Source of the DNA: Vicugna vicugna
Lineage: Eukaryota
DNA length: 64,000 nucleotides
NCBI GenBank assembly: GCA_013265495.1
Contig: MU057880.1
Location: 1,952,527 to 2,016,526, forward strand
Reading direction: 5' to 3'
Below, piece after piece: positions 13,237 through 27,036 of the stretch. Positions within the stretch are counted from its first letter, which is position 1; each line of letters starts with the position of its first letter. A program made the position numbers and the translations under genes. The notes under the pieces are model-generated. The model was not told the DNA's origin. It ran no database searches and was given only the letters and a program-made list of their open reading frames with translations.

Positions 13237-16200
13237 ACCAGTATGAATTAAAAAACTGGTCGGTAGTCAACAGGACTGAAGGATAGGATGTTCCTGGAAT
13301 GAAGGGGTAAGACCAGAAGGCAAAGCCCGGGGAAGTCAAGGCTGAGAAAGCTGTATTGTTTTCTCTGCAGAGGAAGCCACAGACCACTTGCTAAAGGAGC
13401 AAAACATGATGGAAGCTGTACATTCGAAAAGTAAAGTGTGCAGATAGACTATAAGGAAGAAAGACGGGACACAGAAACAATAAACGCTGTTGTCATGAAA
13501 GTGTGATGTAGGCTTACCACCATGACAGGAAGAACAGGAATGGAGAGAGGCCTTCCAACCTGGGCACAGAGCTGAGGGAACTGTGCAAGTATTTAAATTC
13601 AGGAAGAGAGGGATGTTTGTGAGCAAGAAGAAGACAGAAATAGTCATTGTTATCAAAGCCCATCTTAATCCAGTTAAGGCGACAGGAAAGAAAGTACCGT
13701 TTTAATGGTGTGGCCCAGCCCTGGGTGATCAGGATTTGTTTTTTTCAATGTGTTAAGTTCTAATCAAATTGAAGTGACAACTGGAGACACAAGTGTGGCG
13801 TCACTGAAGGGTGAGAGCCAGGCGCCAGTAACACAACGGCAGGGGAAGACCTGGGAGTAAACAAAATGGACAAGGAAGATCATGCAGAATGAAAACAGAA
13901 GGAACAGAAGAAAAGAACCATCCCATGACCTCCTTCTTTTCAATTACTTTGCTTTGTCCCTCCCCCGGGATACAGGGTGAGCGAAAGGTAAGGTCCACAT
14001 CACCGGGGACACCAAATGGCCTGAGAATAACCTGCCTCCCGAGTGATGGCGCCACTGGTCTTCTGGACCGATCCAGGTGGTCAGAGGAAAGGGGTGAAGT
14101 GACAAGCCCAGCAGCGTTCCCCCGACATGGCGGAGAGCTCCCCAGTCCCAGGGTGCCGGCCCCTCCCGTGACGCCCAGTAATTTGTACATCACAGCAAAG
14201 GTGGTCAAAAGGCTTTTCCCCTTCCCCTTCAGTTCATCTTCTAAAACTTCTTTCTCTTCCTTTCTGCTTCAGAACCACTGGGACCTCGATAGCTTTTCAA
14301 GATTCAGCAACACTGAATTTCCGTCAGCAAAATGCCACAGCGACTGGCTTCCCATACCCTTTATCCGATTGCATTGGATAAAATTATCTGTAGTAGAAAA
14401 TTTAGTTTGTTCCCATCATTTTTCATTTCATTTAATACATTCTCTTCACAGTTTTTCAGATGAAAAGGACTGATTCAGAAAGAAAACCGTATTCCGGTCT
14501 CGCCGGCGAGGCTGAGGCACTGGGATGAACGCTCCTTCGGAAGTTCATCCTGACGATTTTCACAAATGCGTTTCCACTACACATTGTTATTTTCTGCGTT
14601 TCAGATGGGGAAGTAATTCAAAACACCGACTGCAAATAATATTTAGGGAAAGTAGGCCAGTGCTCAGTGTTCAGAAGCAGCTAGACCTGCGTTTTTAAGA
14701 CACATTCACTCTCTCAGGCTCCAGAGCAGTAAAAATAAAATCTTCTCTCAGTGGTGAGAAAGAGCAAAATAAATTCCATGAACCAATAACAACCTCAGGG
14801 AGCGATTAAACACTGGAAGGAGAAAGCAGAGACGTCTGAACGCAGCAGGGCCCAGTAAAAATAAAAACCACGGACTGTGAGTGGGTCAGGGATGGACCCA
14901 ACCTCAGATCTTCGAGGATGCAAGACCAGGAAAGTCAACCCCTCTGTTCCTGGATCTCCTCACTCACAGAAGGAAGGTAACAACCGACACCAGGGCTTCC
15001 GTAAGGAACAAAGAAGACAGCAGCTGATCGCAAATTCTAAATGAATGGAGTTCTGCCATGCTAGCTTTTAAAGAATAAGTGTCAATACCATAGCAAAGAT
15101 CACAAAGGAAGAGTAAAAAATGTGTGTCTTTAAATGCTAGTTCCCTGCCTGGCTGATAGTTCAGCTTTTATTCCTTCATTGATTCGTACGGCAAAATGTT
15201 TAAACATTTAGATGATGCGGAACGTTACATTAAATCCTTTCCCCTAATTCATCAGAAATGACAGAAAAAGCTTCCTAAGTGGACGGGTGAGTTGCTGATA
15301 ATTTCTCTGTGGTTTCTGGAATCTATTCCAAGCTCTCCGGGGTCTGCCTTTGAACTGAATCCCAACTATTGTCCCAGACCCACCTCAGCGTCCTCCCCCT
15401 CAGTCTATACTCCAGGTCACCCCATTTTTCCCTTCCCTGAAGCCACAGCCCCTGTTCGCTTGTAACTATTTATTAATTCACATACCATCTGAACCTGTGA
15501 CCCGCATTTTTCAAATTCATTATCTTATATTAACACACAACATTTTCATATTTTACCAACATACTATTATTAAAAGAGCATTAATTTGTAATACAGTGCC
15601 AGATTCGGCTGGACAATGAACACGCCAGCTCGTTCGTATATTTTCTTTTTTTAAGCTTTGCATTCTTCATAGAAACTGCCCTGATTCCATTCAGGGAACT
15701 AAACCACAGTATAACCTTAGTTTTGGGGTCCTGCTCTAATCACTCATCTTTCCCTGCCAGCTCCCTCTTTTGTTTCCCTCAAGTTCTTTCACAGTTTTCT
15801 TCCAATAGAGTAAGACTACGTTTCAAGGTAATATCGGAGCAAACGCTTCCTACCTGCAGCTGCTATATTTGGGGATATGATGTGTTTCACGATATAGCTG
15901 ATTTCTTTCAACTTGGGTTAGTTTTTCAGTGGCTTTACTAAAACTAGAATGAGAAGTTTTTTTTTATTTTTTAAAAACTCGACTACAAAGATAGTGCCTG
16001 CACAAAAATATCTCACTCACGACTCACAATGACCTGTAGTTTAATTCCAATTTAAATTAGTATAAAGTATGATGGTTAAGCATCAGAGAAATCAAATCGT
16101 TTATAGAGCATTCAAATTTCACTCTCTTGATGGTTGAATCATCTTCCTTTCCACACTTCCCAGAGCTCATGCTTCAGACCTTCAAGATAGCAAGCCATGA

Positions 16201-16599
16201 GAGAAGAAAAGTTGTAATTCACCCGAGTTTCAGTTATAAACTCACCCGTTGTCCTCTTCAGAGAGATTGGAAGTGTCAGCTAAATTGCATTGGCCAGCTC
16301 TTCAATTACAAGAAATTAACCACTTAAAAGGAGAATGGCACCCACAGAAAGTTAACTCCCTCAGCATCAAAGGGTCCAGTGTGGCCATAATGTAAGAGTT
16401 AATTTACATCTCAAATCAATGCTTTAAGGTGCGTCCATCTTGTGAGCTGACCGTGTTGTTTTCATTTCACTAGAAATTTTAATTAATATTTAATGGGCCC
16501 ACTCTAGTCAAGTCTTGTGTTTGGTAAGGATAAGCCTGCAATCTAATTACATTTGCCACTAATGCATGCTCACTGTAATCTCTTTAAAAAAAAAAGGAA

Positions 16600-17600
16600 A
16601 GAAAAGAAACGATAAATCAAGCAGTTAAAGAAAATGAAAATCTCTCGTAACTGCATCACTGATTCAAAGCAGCCCTCACTATACAAAGAGTTACTTGGTG
16701 TACACCTTCCAAAGACATGTTATCAATGCACATATACATGTATTTTATATTTTTATAAAAAGAATCAGTATTTTTATACTTAACATATGACCAGACATTT
16801 CTATCCCATTGTATATAAAACTACGTATCTTTTCCCACCTGTACAGAAGCCTGTCAAATTGATTGGCCATCATTTATTTAACTCATTATTGGTGACCCCT
16901 TAGTTCGTTTCCGAATTTTTCCCACTGAAAACGATGAACATCCTTTACTTATGTCTTTGAGCACATTTGTGAAGATCCCACGAATAAACTCCTGGATGTG
17001 GAACTGCCAGTGCGAGATCACATCTGGGCATTCTGAAATCCTTCCGACTGGACACGAGAGCCCGTTTCTCACACCCCAACTCTGGGCAGTCCTGATCTTT
17101 ATGACATGGTCAGTTCGGCAAATTACTCCTGTGTTTGCTGGGTACACGTATCTCCTCTTGTTGCACTTCCTGACCCTTAACAAAGCTTGCCTTTTCCTAG
17201 TGATCAGAGCCCTTTACAGACATGACACACTATGGATACTGACCATTTGTTAATTGCATATATTAAAAACATTTTCCCAATAAGGTTTTTTTTTTGGTCA
17301 TTTTTCAAAGGCGTAACACAAGTTAGAAATTTTGAGTTTTCTGTTGTCAAATCTATGAACCTTTTCCTCTGTGGCTCGTGATCTTTGGATATACGCTAGG
17401 ATAGACCACTTCCACCCCTGGACGGTCAATGGACTTTTCTATATGTTCTACACATACAGGACATACAGGAAGTGGGGAACTTTTGCGATCTTCCTGAATG
17501 ATTATCCGATTGTCCCCAAATCATTAACAGACTAATGAAACTTTTCCCTTCAATAACTGAGCAATGTCCTTTATCCCTAGATTATAATCACACATGTATA
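16600..17600 (-). mobile_element. Ancient degraded L1 (L1ME-like) remnant
   Basis: Weak L1-like motifs such as CCTGGATGTGGAACTGCCAG and GTCAAATCTATGAACCTTTTCC. Boundaries are approximate. Confidence 0.45.
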
Positions 17601-18194
17601 TTTTGAGTTTCTGGACAAAAAAATGCATTATTTTCTCTCATTTTTAGTCTAACCACGTAATTGCCATTGTAAAAAAAATTGCCTGCATGCACTTTTATTT
17701 TAAATTATTTCTCAAAAGACCACTCTTTGGATAAATGGATTTATTGTTGCTTGTATTTGAACAATCTTTTACAAGAAAGCATAAAAAGAATTTTTCTCTA
17801 CTGTTTATTTTGCTTTTTTTCTGTTACCAACAGAAGAAACTTTGCTTTTTGCTAGAAGCAGGGTTGGAGGAGCAGGATTCGTACTAGAAGCAGGTGTGAA
17901 AAAGCCAGGATGATAACAGACTTTGAGCTCAACTCAGCACAGGGTTAAAATTTTCAATGAAATTCTCTGCCTGTATCAATTTTCTGAGATCTGAAAAGGG
18001 AAGCACCACAGAGCCTCGCTGTATGTTTAGGTCCCTTTAAAGAAGCAATTTTTCCCCAAATACCATCATTTCAATAAGCTTTTGTGTAAGAGATTGATCA
18101 AACAAAATGTTGACGTTCCAAATTTGTACATTCTGGTTATCATGACATTTTCAATTCAGGCTTTGAAATCCCACCAGTAGAAAATCACCAGACA

Positions 18195-19448
18195 CAGCAC
18201 TTCTCAAACATTTGGGGCTCATCATTCTTTAACATACTTAAAAATTATCGAGGACCCCAAAGAGATTTGGTTTACATGAGTTGTACTTAGCCCTGCTTAC
18301 TGTGTTTTAAATTAAAACAAATGTTTGCAATTGCCACTTATGAATCAATTCAAGACAATAATATTTCCATCACAAACTAATATCAACAAAATATGTTGTG
18401 AAACATGACGATATTGTGCAAAAAGAAGGAAAAGAATAGCATTGTTTTCCATTTTTGCAAATCTCTTTAAGGTTAACAAAAAAAGAGATAGATTCTCATA
18501 TTTGACTTTGGTGGCCATATCTTACGAAAATCTGTCTTCACATGTATATGCAGTTTTAAAAGTGGCAAGTATTTTGAGAGCTTTTTCAGATCATCGTGGA
18601 AACTATTCTTTGAAACCACATTAGACGTTGGCAAGTGGTAGTTCCTTAAAGGTTCGCTGTAATGTGGAATCTGAATCCATATAAATGAACCTTTTTAAAT
18701 TCTCTTCCATTGAAAGCTACTGATGTAGCTTGTGCTTTGAGTGTATCTTTTACTCACCCACAATCTGTAATAATGTGCATTGGTCATCTGGAAAACCTCA
18801 CTAAGTTAAGCAAATGTTGGCACTGCTCATTATACAATATCAAAATGTCGCATTCCTCATTATCCTCTTATCTGAGAAGTGTTCAATTATTGAGAAGGAG
18901 ACAAAGTCACAGAGGCAGATTCAAGTTTTCCAAAAATCTATTTTTAACTTAAAAGCTTAAGTATTGTAATTGGCACCGAAAATTGTCAGCTCTTTTCCTT
19001 AAAGTGGCAGACTCACTCTGTCCCTCTCCCAAAACGATTGCTGAAATAATCAAATCTAAATAATTATCTAAGTAACTCTCCTTCACATAAAAAGTAGTCA
19101 ATGTAGTAAGTAAACAAATAACTAAGTGCTTCAGACATACTTTTCATTTTGTTTCACAGAATACGGGAAGATGTCGACTTAAGGATTCAGATTCAGTCCA
19201 ATCCACAACGTCTAGTGCTTTGTGACGGACACTCTTGAGCAAAAGTCCTTTGTTGATGATTGTGTGACAGCGATGAATACAAGGGCTTCTCTGCAGGGAA
19301 GACCGCTGTCTTGGTTCCTGCTAATGGATGCTTTTCCACCATCAGCTCAAAGCCAAGCACGCCGAAGGACAGGATCTTGGATTATTATAAAAAATAATTT
19401 TGACTTCAAAGACTCCAGGATCCTTAGAGGACGCTTTGCAACTCATTG
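18195..19448. mobile_element. hAT-Charlie DNA transposon fossil (Charlie1a-like)
   Basis: Starts CAGCACTTCTCAAAC...TTAAAAATTATCGAGGACCCCAAAGAG and ends ATTATTATAAAAAATAATTTTGAC...CTTTGCAACTCATTG. The ends are degenerate inverted termini; no transposase ORF. Confidence 0.75.
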
Positions 19449-20236
19449 GACGTATATAAGGCAGCTGGCCAAATGGTACTACTGATTACATTAATCTTAA
19501 AATGAATGAGTTGAATAAATATCCATTTTCCCCTGAATTTCCGTACCCACAGTTACGTGAAGCAAAACCTAATCTTAGAAAATGCACATTTAATGGTGCC
19601 AGTGTCCGCTGCTGGCTGCATTATCGGAGGAGCACTCATCTCTGCCCCTTCTTTATTAGAAAGATAACGCATCTTCACGGCTCCCTAATCCGTTCATAAA
19701 TTACGTCCACATTAATGGCGGGCATCAGAGGGCTGTCAGTGCCAAGAAAAACTAGAGGCAAAGTCAAAAAGGAAAAAAAGTAACTTGAGGAATAAAGTGA
19801 CTCCTAAGAAGAAGTTTTTACCTGAACTGAATCCAATGAAAAAGCTTCATTCTGTTAGTGAACAAAGGAGTTCAATGAATGGACTAAAAGAAATTTTTTT
19901 TTAAAGTACTAGCCAGGAATTCATATTAGTTTTGTCCTGCTCCTCCCAGGATACAGGTGTGATTTTGCTTCTCTTCTAAGGATCCAACTTCTCAGGAAAT
20001 ATTTTTAAAGGCATTCCCAAGGGGTGACCCCCTCCTTCCCACGAGTCTCCATATCCTCTGGGACAATGACACGTGTTCCACCCTCTCTCCTATTTTCTAT
20101 TGCACACCTTTATTGAAAATGACCTGATTACATATAAAACTTGAAGATAGATAAGGTTTGGGGACAGGTGCCATTAAACTATCAGGTCAGGGGAACTGAG
20201 GAAATTAGACTTCTGTTCCTATTTCCAAGTTGGTTC

Positions 20237-20650
20237 TTTTTTTTTTTCTTTGCTTGCTTTTTTTTTAATTGAAGCATAGTCAGTTTTTAATGTTATGTCA
20301 ATTTTTGGTGTACAGCATAATGTTTCAGTCATACACATACAAACGTATGTTCATTTTCATATTTTTTCACTATAGGTTACTACAAGATACTGAATATAGT
20401 TCCTTGTGCTGTACAAAAGAATCTTGTTGTTTATCGATTTTCTGTCTAGTAGTGTCTGCAAATAGTCAACTCCTAATTTATCCCTTCCCACCCCCTACCC
20501 CCTGGAGGAAACTCTGATCCAAAAAGATACAGGCACCCCAAGGTTCACAGAAGCACAGTTTATAACGGCCAAGACCTGGAAGCAACCTGCATGTCCTCTG
20601 ACAGATGAGCAGACAAAGAAGACGTGGTGTGCATACACAATGGGTACTAT
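20237..20650 (-). mobile_element. L1 3' end with 5' inversion
   Basis: Poly-T plus reverse 3' UTR to ~20500, then a plus-oriented ORF2-end segment (CCTGGAGGAAACTCTGATCCAAAAAGATAC...). Confidence 0.8.
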
Positions 20651-22320
20651 ATCCAAGGTGTTATATCTTCACAGTCCTCACCCCCTACAAGGATGGATGC
20701 TCTGCTACTGAGAGATGGGGCAGGAGGATGGAGAAGAAGAGGAGGAAAAGCAAACACGGCAGGATGGTGGGAAGCCCTCTCTCTCTCTCATTACTTTCTG
20801 GTCCCTGGACCGCAGTCCTACAATGTCCCCGGGATCACGAAGTACAGGAGAGGATGAGGACTTTTACTTCGGGAAAAAGTTAAGGAGATGACGGTTATTG
20901 TAAAAGGGTGTGGGGAAGGACTTTTTATTACATACCGAGGTTATCATACCCTTTTCGTCATTTGCTGTATTTGTTGGGGAGCAAGATGGCCTTCTTGTTT
21001 TGATGGTGAGCTTGAACTTGAGAGTGGAGGCGTTCATGTGTTTTTATATTTTATCACCTTTGCCTTTGGTATAGATCTGTATCCTGCAATCATGACAAGG
21101 GACTGGGCCGTGGAAATCTTCAAAACTGGACCTGGTCCTACTTCAGGATGAATAAGGAGGAAAGGTCTCTAGATGTTTATTTAATGCTCACCATGTCCAG
21201 GCTGGAAAGACCCACCATTATAACTAACACTGTTTCTTCAAATATGAACATTGACCCAGCTCCAGCTGTCACCCAGGATGCAATCAGGAACCTCCCATGT
21301 CTCAGTGACAGCACAGAGCACACCTGACAGTCTCTTTCCTAAGCCCCTAGTCTTCTAAAATACAGTCATTCACTTTAAATTCAGATGCATACCAATTCAA
21401 TAAGATTCTTCAACAAGTAAAACATTAATCACATATGGTTCCATGCTTCTAATTTTGCTTTCCATGGAACAGTATCTTTCTTCCAGGAATGTAGTATTGA
21501 AGTAGCTAAACTTGTGCCTGGAATGTAGAGCTTGGAGCTTTAAATATCTCAACAAAAATGGAACCCTTTCCCTTGAATTTGTGGGCTGCAGTAATTCCCA
21601 GCAGTCCGTTAATGCATAATCACTAATTCCAGCTTCAGGAGTGGGTGCATCATGGTAACTCTGGAGAATATCTGCAGATCCCAACAGCCAGCTTTGTGCA
21701 ATATGAACAAACACTCAACAATCATTTTCACTAGAGTAATGGCCCCAGCACATGTCCACTGCTTGACTGCAGGGTTCAGGAACCATAGGTCTTCTTTACA
21801 ATAAAGACACAGTGAGCACAGACTTTACACTAACGTGGTGATTCTCCTGCCAGATTTTACTTCCTCCGCATGGAAGTAATGAGAAAGAGGCTTGCCCTGA
21901 CAATTAATCGGTAAATACAGGCTCACTGTCTACAGCTGCCTCAGCTCTGCCCCGGGAGGCACACAACACAAAGGGAGAGCATCTTCTGTTCTTAAAGAAA
22001 CTGCAAACCAATGAGGAACCAAACTGACACCTGGCGAAGAAGCATCACTCAGTGAGTGTCTTCTGTGTCCCGGGCACTTTGCCAGGCACCCGACGGACTC
22101 AAGTCAGGAGCTGTAGCAACAGATCCCGGCTCTTTGTGTAGACAGCTGTGTTACCCCTAACTAAATCACTCCCTTATCTTCTGGGGTTAGGATTAGTGGT
22201 CCAAAAAGGGCTTCACAGGAGATGAGAACCTTGTTTTTGTGTTGACAGACGCATCTAAGCTCTTTCATATATACAGAGATGTATATTCTCTTTGCTACAA
22301 TGTAAATCTTTATTTATACA

Positions 22321-22476
22321 TCTTTCTCTTTTCTATTATATATTATTTTCATATTATTGATATCATTATTTAAATGTATGATTTAAATATAAATATAATT
22401 TAAATTTAAATATATTTAATATTATTATTTAAATATATAAATTTCTGTTATATATATATAACAGAAAAGAGAAAGA
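22321..22476. repeat. AT-rich inverted repeat / palindrome cluster
   Basis: 23-bp arms at 22321-22343 and 22454-22476 (1 mismatch). Perfect 26-bp palindrome TTTCTGTTATATATATATAACAGAAA at 22442-22467. Confidence 0.85.
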
Positions 22477-22703
22477 CTTTCCCTAGCTTTATTGAAGTAT
22501 GATTGACAAATAAAAATTTTCTACATTCAGGTTATAGGAAGTTCTCAAATAGTCAGAGGATAGTCTGAAGGGACTCCATGGAGGAAATGCAGAGGGATTT
22601 TTAAAAAGGCTTTGAATGTTCATAAAGTCCCTCCCGAGATTACAGACCTCTTGAGGGCAGTTTCTTAGTTTATTATTTTTTGTCACTGTAAAATGAAATC
22701 TCA

Positions 22704-23037
22704 TTTTTTAAATTGAAGTCTAGTCAGGTTACAATGTTGTGTCAATTTCTGGTGTACAGCATAAAAGCTTCAGTCATACATGTACATACATATATTCATT
22801 TTCATATTCTTTTTCATTATAGGTTACTATAACATATATAACATACTATAACTGTGCTATACAGTAGGTCCTTGTTATTTTATATATAGTAGTATCTGTG
22901 GAATCTAAAAAAGGACACAAATAAACTTACTTATGAAACAGAAACAGACTCACAGACATAGAGAACAAACTTATGGTTACCAGGGGGATGTGGGGGGGGA
23001 GGGATAAATTGGGAATTCAAGATTTGCAGATACTAAC
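22704..23037 (-). mobile_element. L1 3' end with 5' inversion, within an L2-like remnant
   Basis: Reverse 3' terminus (TTTTTTAAATTGAAGTCTAG...) to ~22895, then plus-oriented upstream 3' UTR (TGTGGAATCTAAAAAAGGACAC...GATTTGCAGATAC). Confidence 0.8.
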
Positions 23038-24280
23038 TAGTTTCTTATCCTTCAGCGCCATGGTTGGTGCATAAGAGGTCCTGAAAATATTTTTAGAAGA
23101 AAGGAGGAAAAAGAGGATGCGGACTCGAGCAGAGAATTTATTATCCAGAGGTGCTGGGGGAGGGCATTTTAAACCAGGCAAAGTTTATATTTGATAAAAG
23201 AGTAAAGAATGAGTTCCCAGTGAGAATGACAAAAGCAGAGACTGGGCATCTCTGTCTTGTACACCAGAGTCAAACCCAGCTTCCTCCAGATCCCAGCGAT
23301 GCGTCCACCTGCTGTACCAACTCCATCTCCTTGCACGCCCTGCCTGGGTCCCGGTTCTGGCCTAAAATACGAAGTTCCCTTGAGATCGGAGCTGTACTTG
23401 GTCTCCACTGCAGCTGCACAGCTTGGTCTCAGCCTTCTCGGGGCTCACAGACCGCAGGTGGCCCCTTCTCCCAGGGGCCCCCCTGCAGCCAGCAGTCAGC
23501 GCCCCTGGCAGGCCCCAGTCCTGGACGGATGTGACAGTCCTGTGTGCGACTGCGTGTGCACCCACAGTCAAATACACACGGCCGTCCCCAGACCTCTCCC
23601 CCCTCTTCCACGGACTGAGTCTACACACCTGCTGGGTCCGTTTCGGGGCACCTTGCTAATGTAAGAGTCACACGTTCCGACCCCACATTTACACAAAACA
23701 TCAGGCTACGTCCCTTGCAATCGACAGGGGTCTCCGCATCTCCTAGGCCACGTGCGGCACTTGTGTAGGGACACAGGATTCCACGTCAGGTCTTCAGTGT
23801 GTCTTGTTTGTGACGGGCTGGGAGAAGATGACTCTGGGTTGGTTCCCTCAGAGAACTTGGCCCAAAGGCCGGGGAAATCCACCTGGAAAGTACTGGCTGA
23901 TGCTGGGAGGCACAGGTGTTCAGACCTGTAACAGACCCCCTCTGAAAAGTCCCAAGTGTTACACACTGTCACCTGCGTCTGGATGAGGCAAAGTCAAAGG
24001 AGTTGGCCAGAAAAGTGTTCTTATCTACTAGTGAAAGAAAATGATTTAAATCATAATTAATGTAAGTTCAAACTGTAATTGTCAAAAATGGTAGCTTTCA
24101 ATTTTTACCACTCGTTTTATAATAAGAATGTGGAAAAACCAAAGTGAAAATAGAAAATGAAAAATTAAAATGTGAACTTAATAGTCTTTTGTACCAGGGT
24201 CTGAGGACATGTTGTCAGGAAGCAGTTTTACGGAAATGCTGTTTCAAGGAAACAGTGAAGATTAAGAATAATAACCATTC

Positions 24281-24437
24281 TTTAACAACCCACAATGAAA
24301 AAGAAAAATATGTATATATATACGTACAACTGAAACACTGTGTTGTACACCAGAAGTTAACACAACATTGTAAATCAACTAGACATCAATAAAAAAATTA
24401 ATTTAAAAATTAAATTCATTATTTGGGGAAAAAAAAA
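24281..24437 (+). mobile_element. Short L1 3' end
   Basis: TSD-like AAGAATAATAACCATTC (24264-24280) / AGGAATAATGACCACTC (24438-24454), with an A-tail. Confidence 0.8.
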
Positions 24438-26204
24438 AGGAATAATGACCACTCAATCTTTCTAAGAAGAAAAATCAATCCCTAAGCCAGGAGTGAAATC
24501 TTTACAAAACTACGAAAAGACAGCCTACAGACTGTAGGTAATGTCATCCGAATTTCAGTACTTGATATGACCGAGGACACAATAAGACATTTAGCTCACA
24601 CCACAGTAAATTTGTAAAAAGCAAGCCACATTCCGTGAAGCTGGCTCCCCGTCTGTAGTTTACATGAGTGAAGAGAGCGATTTTACTCCTGAGGCAGAAC
24701 ACACACCATACTTCATGATGAACACCCGCGTTAACCTCATGTGTTACGTATGAAAACCTAAAATGGGCTCAGGAAGAAAGGCTGCATCTGTTGGGCGCTT
24801 CCTCTGTGCCTGGGACGTTATTTTCACAGAGACGATAATCGCACAATTCAAATTTCACAAGCAAAGTGACTGAGGCCAAGAGAGGTGAACGCTGCTGTCT
24901 GATCTCGCGGAGCTGACAGATAGCAGAGTTAGATTCCTAACCAAATACAAGAATAATAAAGAAAAAAATTTAAAACAGCAATAACAACAGGAAGATCAGG
25001 CAGCACCGCACACTACACAGGGAACGTACGTTGTCCACAGGGTGCAGTTTTTGGAGTTTTTCAAAACTCCGTGGAAGACTGGAATGTATTCAATACAAAA
25101 TGACACCAGTGATCTGGAATACAAGCCTCGACTAACATCAAAATTAAATTTAAATTACTACTGTTTCACCCAGTAAGCCCCGATTCTTTTTGTTTTAGTA
25201 AAACAAAGTTGGAATGAGGTCATAGATAGTGAGAAAAATAAACTGGAGTACAAAGTCGTGTGCCCTGAGGAGTCTGAGAGCTGAGTTTCTTACACAGAAA
25301 ACAAACGAGTGGTTTCTGCTCTGCCTCGAGGTAGAGGCGGTCACGTCACACTGAGGAAACAGAGACCTCTCCGTCTCCTTCTCCGACAGCTGATTAAAAG
25401 AAGGGATGTGTAAACTACAGCGGGACCAAATTCAGTTAGACCACGTCCAGCTTCTTGACAGGAAGAGTTATTTGGTGATTAAACAAGACCATCCAGAGAG
25501 GTCTTGAAATCTCCCTCCTTAGAAAGCATCCCCGAAGACGGACACATCACTGCTTTGCTATTTAGCATCACATCCATCCTGGTTGCTGAGGGCCTGATAG
25601 TTCACGGCTGGACTTCATTTCGCTTAGCACATTTCAAATAATGCAACAAAGCCTCCTAGTCTTTTCATTCTACAAAGTCATTCGGTTTTAACAGTTCCCC
25701 CAAGGAGAACCTACTCCTAGCCCATTCAGAAAACATGAAGATCCCAACGAGATACACAGGGCATGAGTCAGAGGGCTTGGCTTCTCAGGCTGGATGCTCC
25801 TTCTCTGAATGACATGGAACTCTAGGTCTGCTATCACTCAGACAAGACAAGGGGGAAGAAGAGTGGGTTTATTTTTATTTTTTTCACAAGGAAAGAAGAG
25901 TCGCCTCTGGGATACAGATTGCACCTGGCAGCATGAACAAACCCTGATGAATACAAGGCAGCTTTGTCTTTACCTGGAAGTAAAAGCAATAGTTGAGTTC
26001 AGAGCTACAGTGAGCAATCACAGCTTCCATAAGGGATCTGTGTACCCCCTGCACTCCTGCCACCATTCGTGCAGTAAAAGACATCATTTTCTTTCTTTTT
26101 TTTTTGTTAGCAAGTATAATGGCATTTTTATTAACCAACTTCAAAATGGAAAATGGAATACCACTTTGAAACATTATTGACATATAACTTTATGAAATAT
26201 TGTA

Positions 26205-27036
26205 GTTTTTATTGAACTACAGGTGATTTACAATGTTGTGTTAATTTCTGGTGTACAGCATAGCGATTCAGTTACATATTTTTTTAAATATACACTCTTT
26301 TTCATATTCTTTTTCATTATAGGTTACTAAAAGATATTGAATATAGTTCCCTGTGCTCTACAATAGGACCTTGCTGTTTATCTATTTTATACACAGTAGT
26401 GTGTATCTGCTAATCCCAAACTCCTAATTTATCCCCCAACCCCTTTTCCCCTCTGGCAACTGTAAGTGTGTTTTCTATGTCTGTGAGTCTGTTTCTGTTT
26501 TGTAAATAAGTCCATTTGTGTCTTTTTTCAGATGCCATAAATAAGTGATATCAAATGGTATTTTTCTTTCTCTGTCTGACTTACTTCACTTAGAATGATA
26601 ATCTCCAGGTCCATCTATGTTGCTGCAAATAGCATTATTTTATTACTTTTCATGGCTGAGTAGTAATCTATTGTATAAATAAACCACAGCTTCTTTACCC
26701 AGTCCTCTGTTGATGGACATTTAGGTTCTTTCCATATCTTGGTTATTGTTCAGCTGCTATGGGCACTGGGGTGCACGTGTCTTTTTGAATCAGAGTTTCC
26801 TCCAGATATGTGCTCAGGAGTGGGATTGCTGGATCATATGGTTAGTCTATTTTCAGTTTTTTAAGGAATCTCCATACTGTTCTCCATAGTTTTGCACCAA
26901 ACTGCATCCCCACCAGCAGGGTAGGAGGGTTCCCTTTTCTCCACAGCCTCTCCAGCATTTGTCATTTGTGGACTTTTAATGATGGCCATTCTGACTGGTG
27001 TGAGGTGATACCTTATCAGAGAAATGCAAATCAAAA
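26205..27036 (-). mobile_element. L1 3' end (~0.8 kb) with a short 5' inversion
   Basis: Reverse 3' UTR and ORF2 end (RYHLTPVRMAIIK). It is followed directly by a 23-nt plus-strand piece TATCAGAGAAATGCAAATCAAAA (27014-27036), which lies just upstream in the L1 consensus. Confidence 0.88.

Noticed and set aside
13889..14473. 194-aa plus-strand ORF
   Set aside because: No recognisable homology or domain, and it is antisense within the putative intron.
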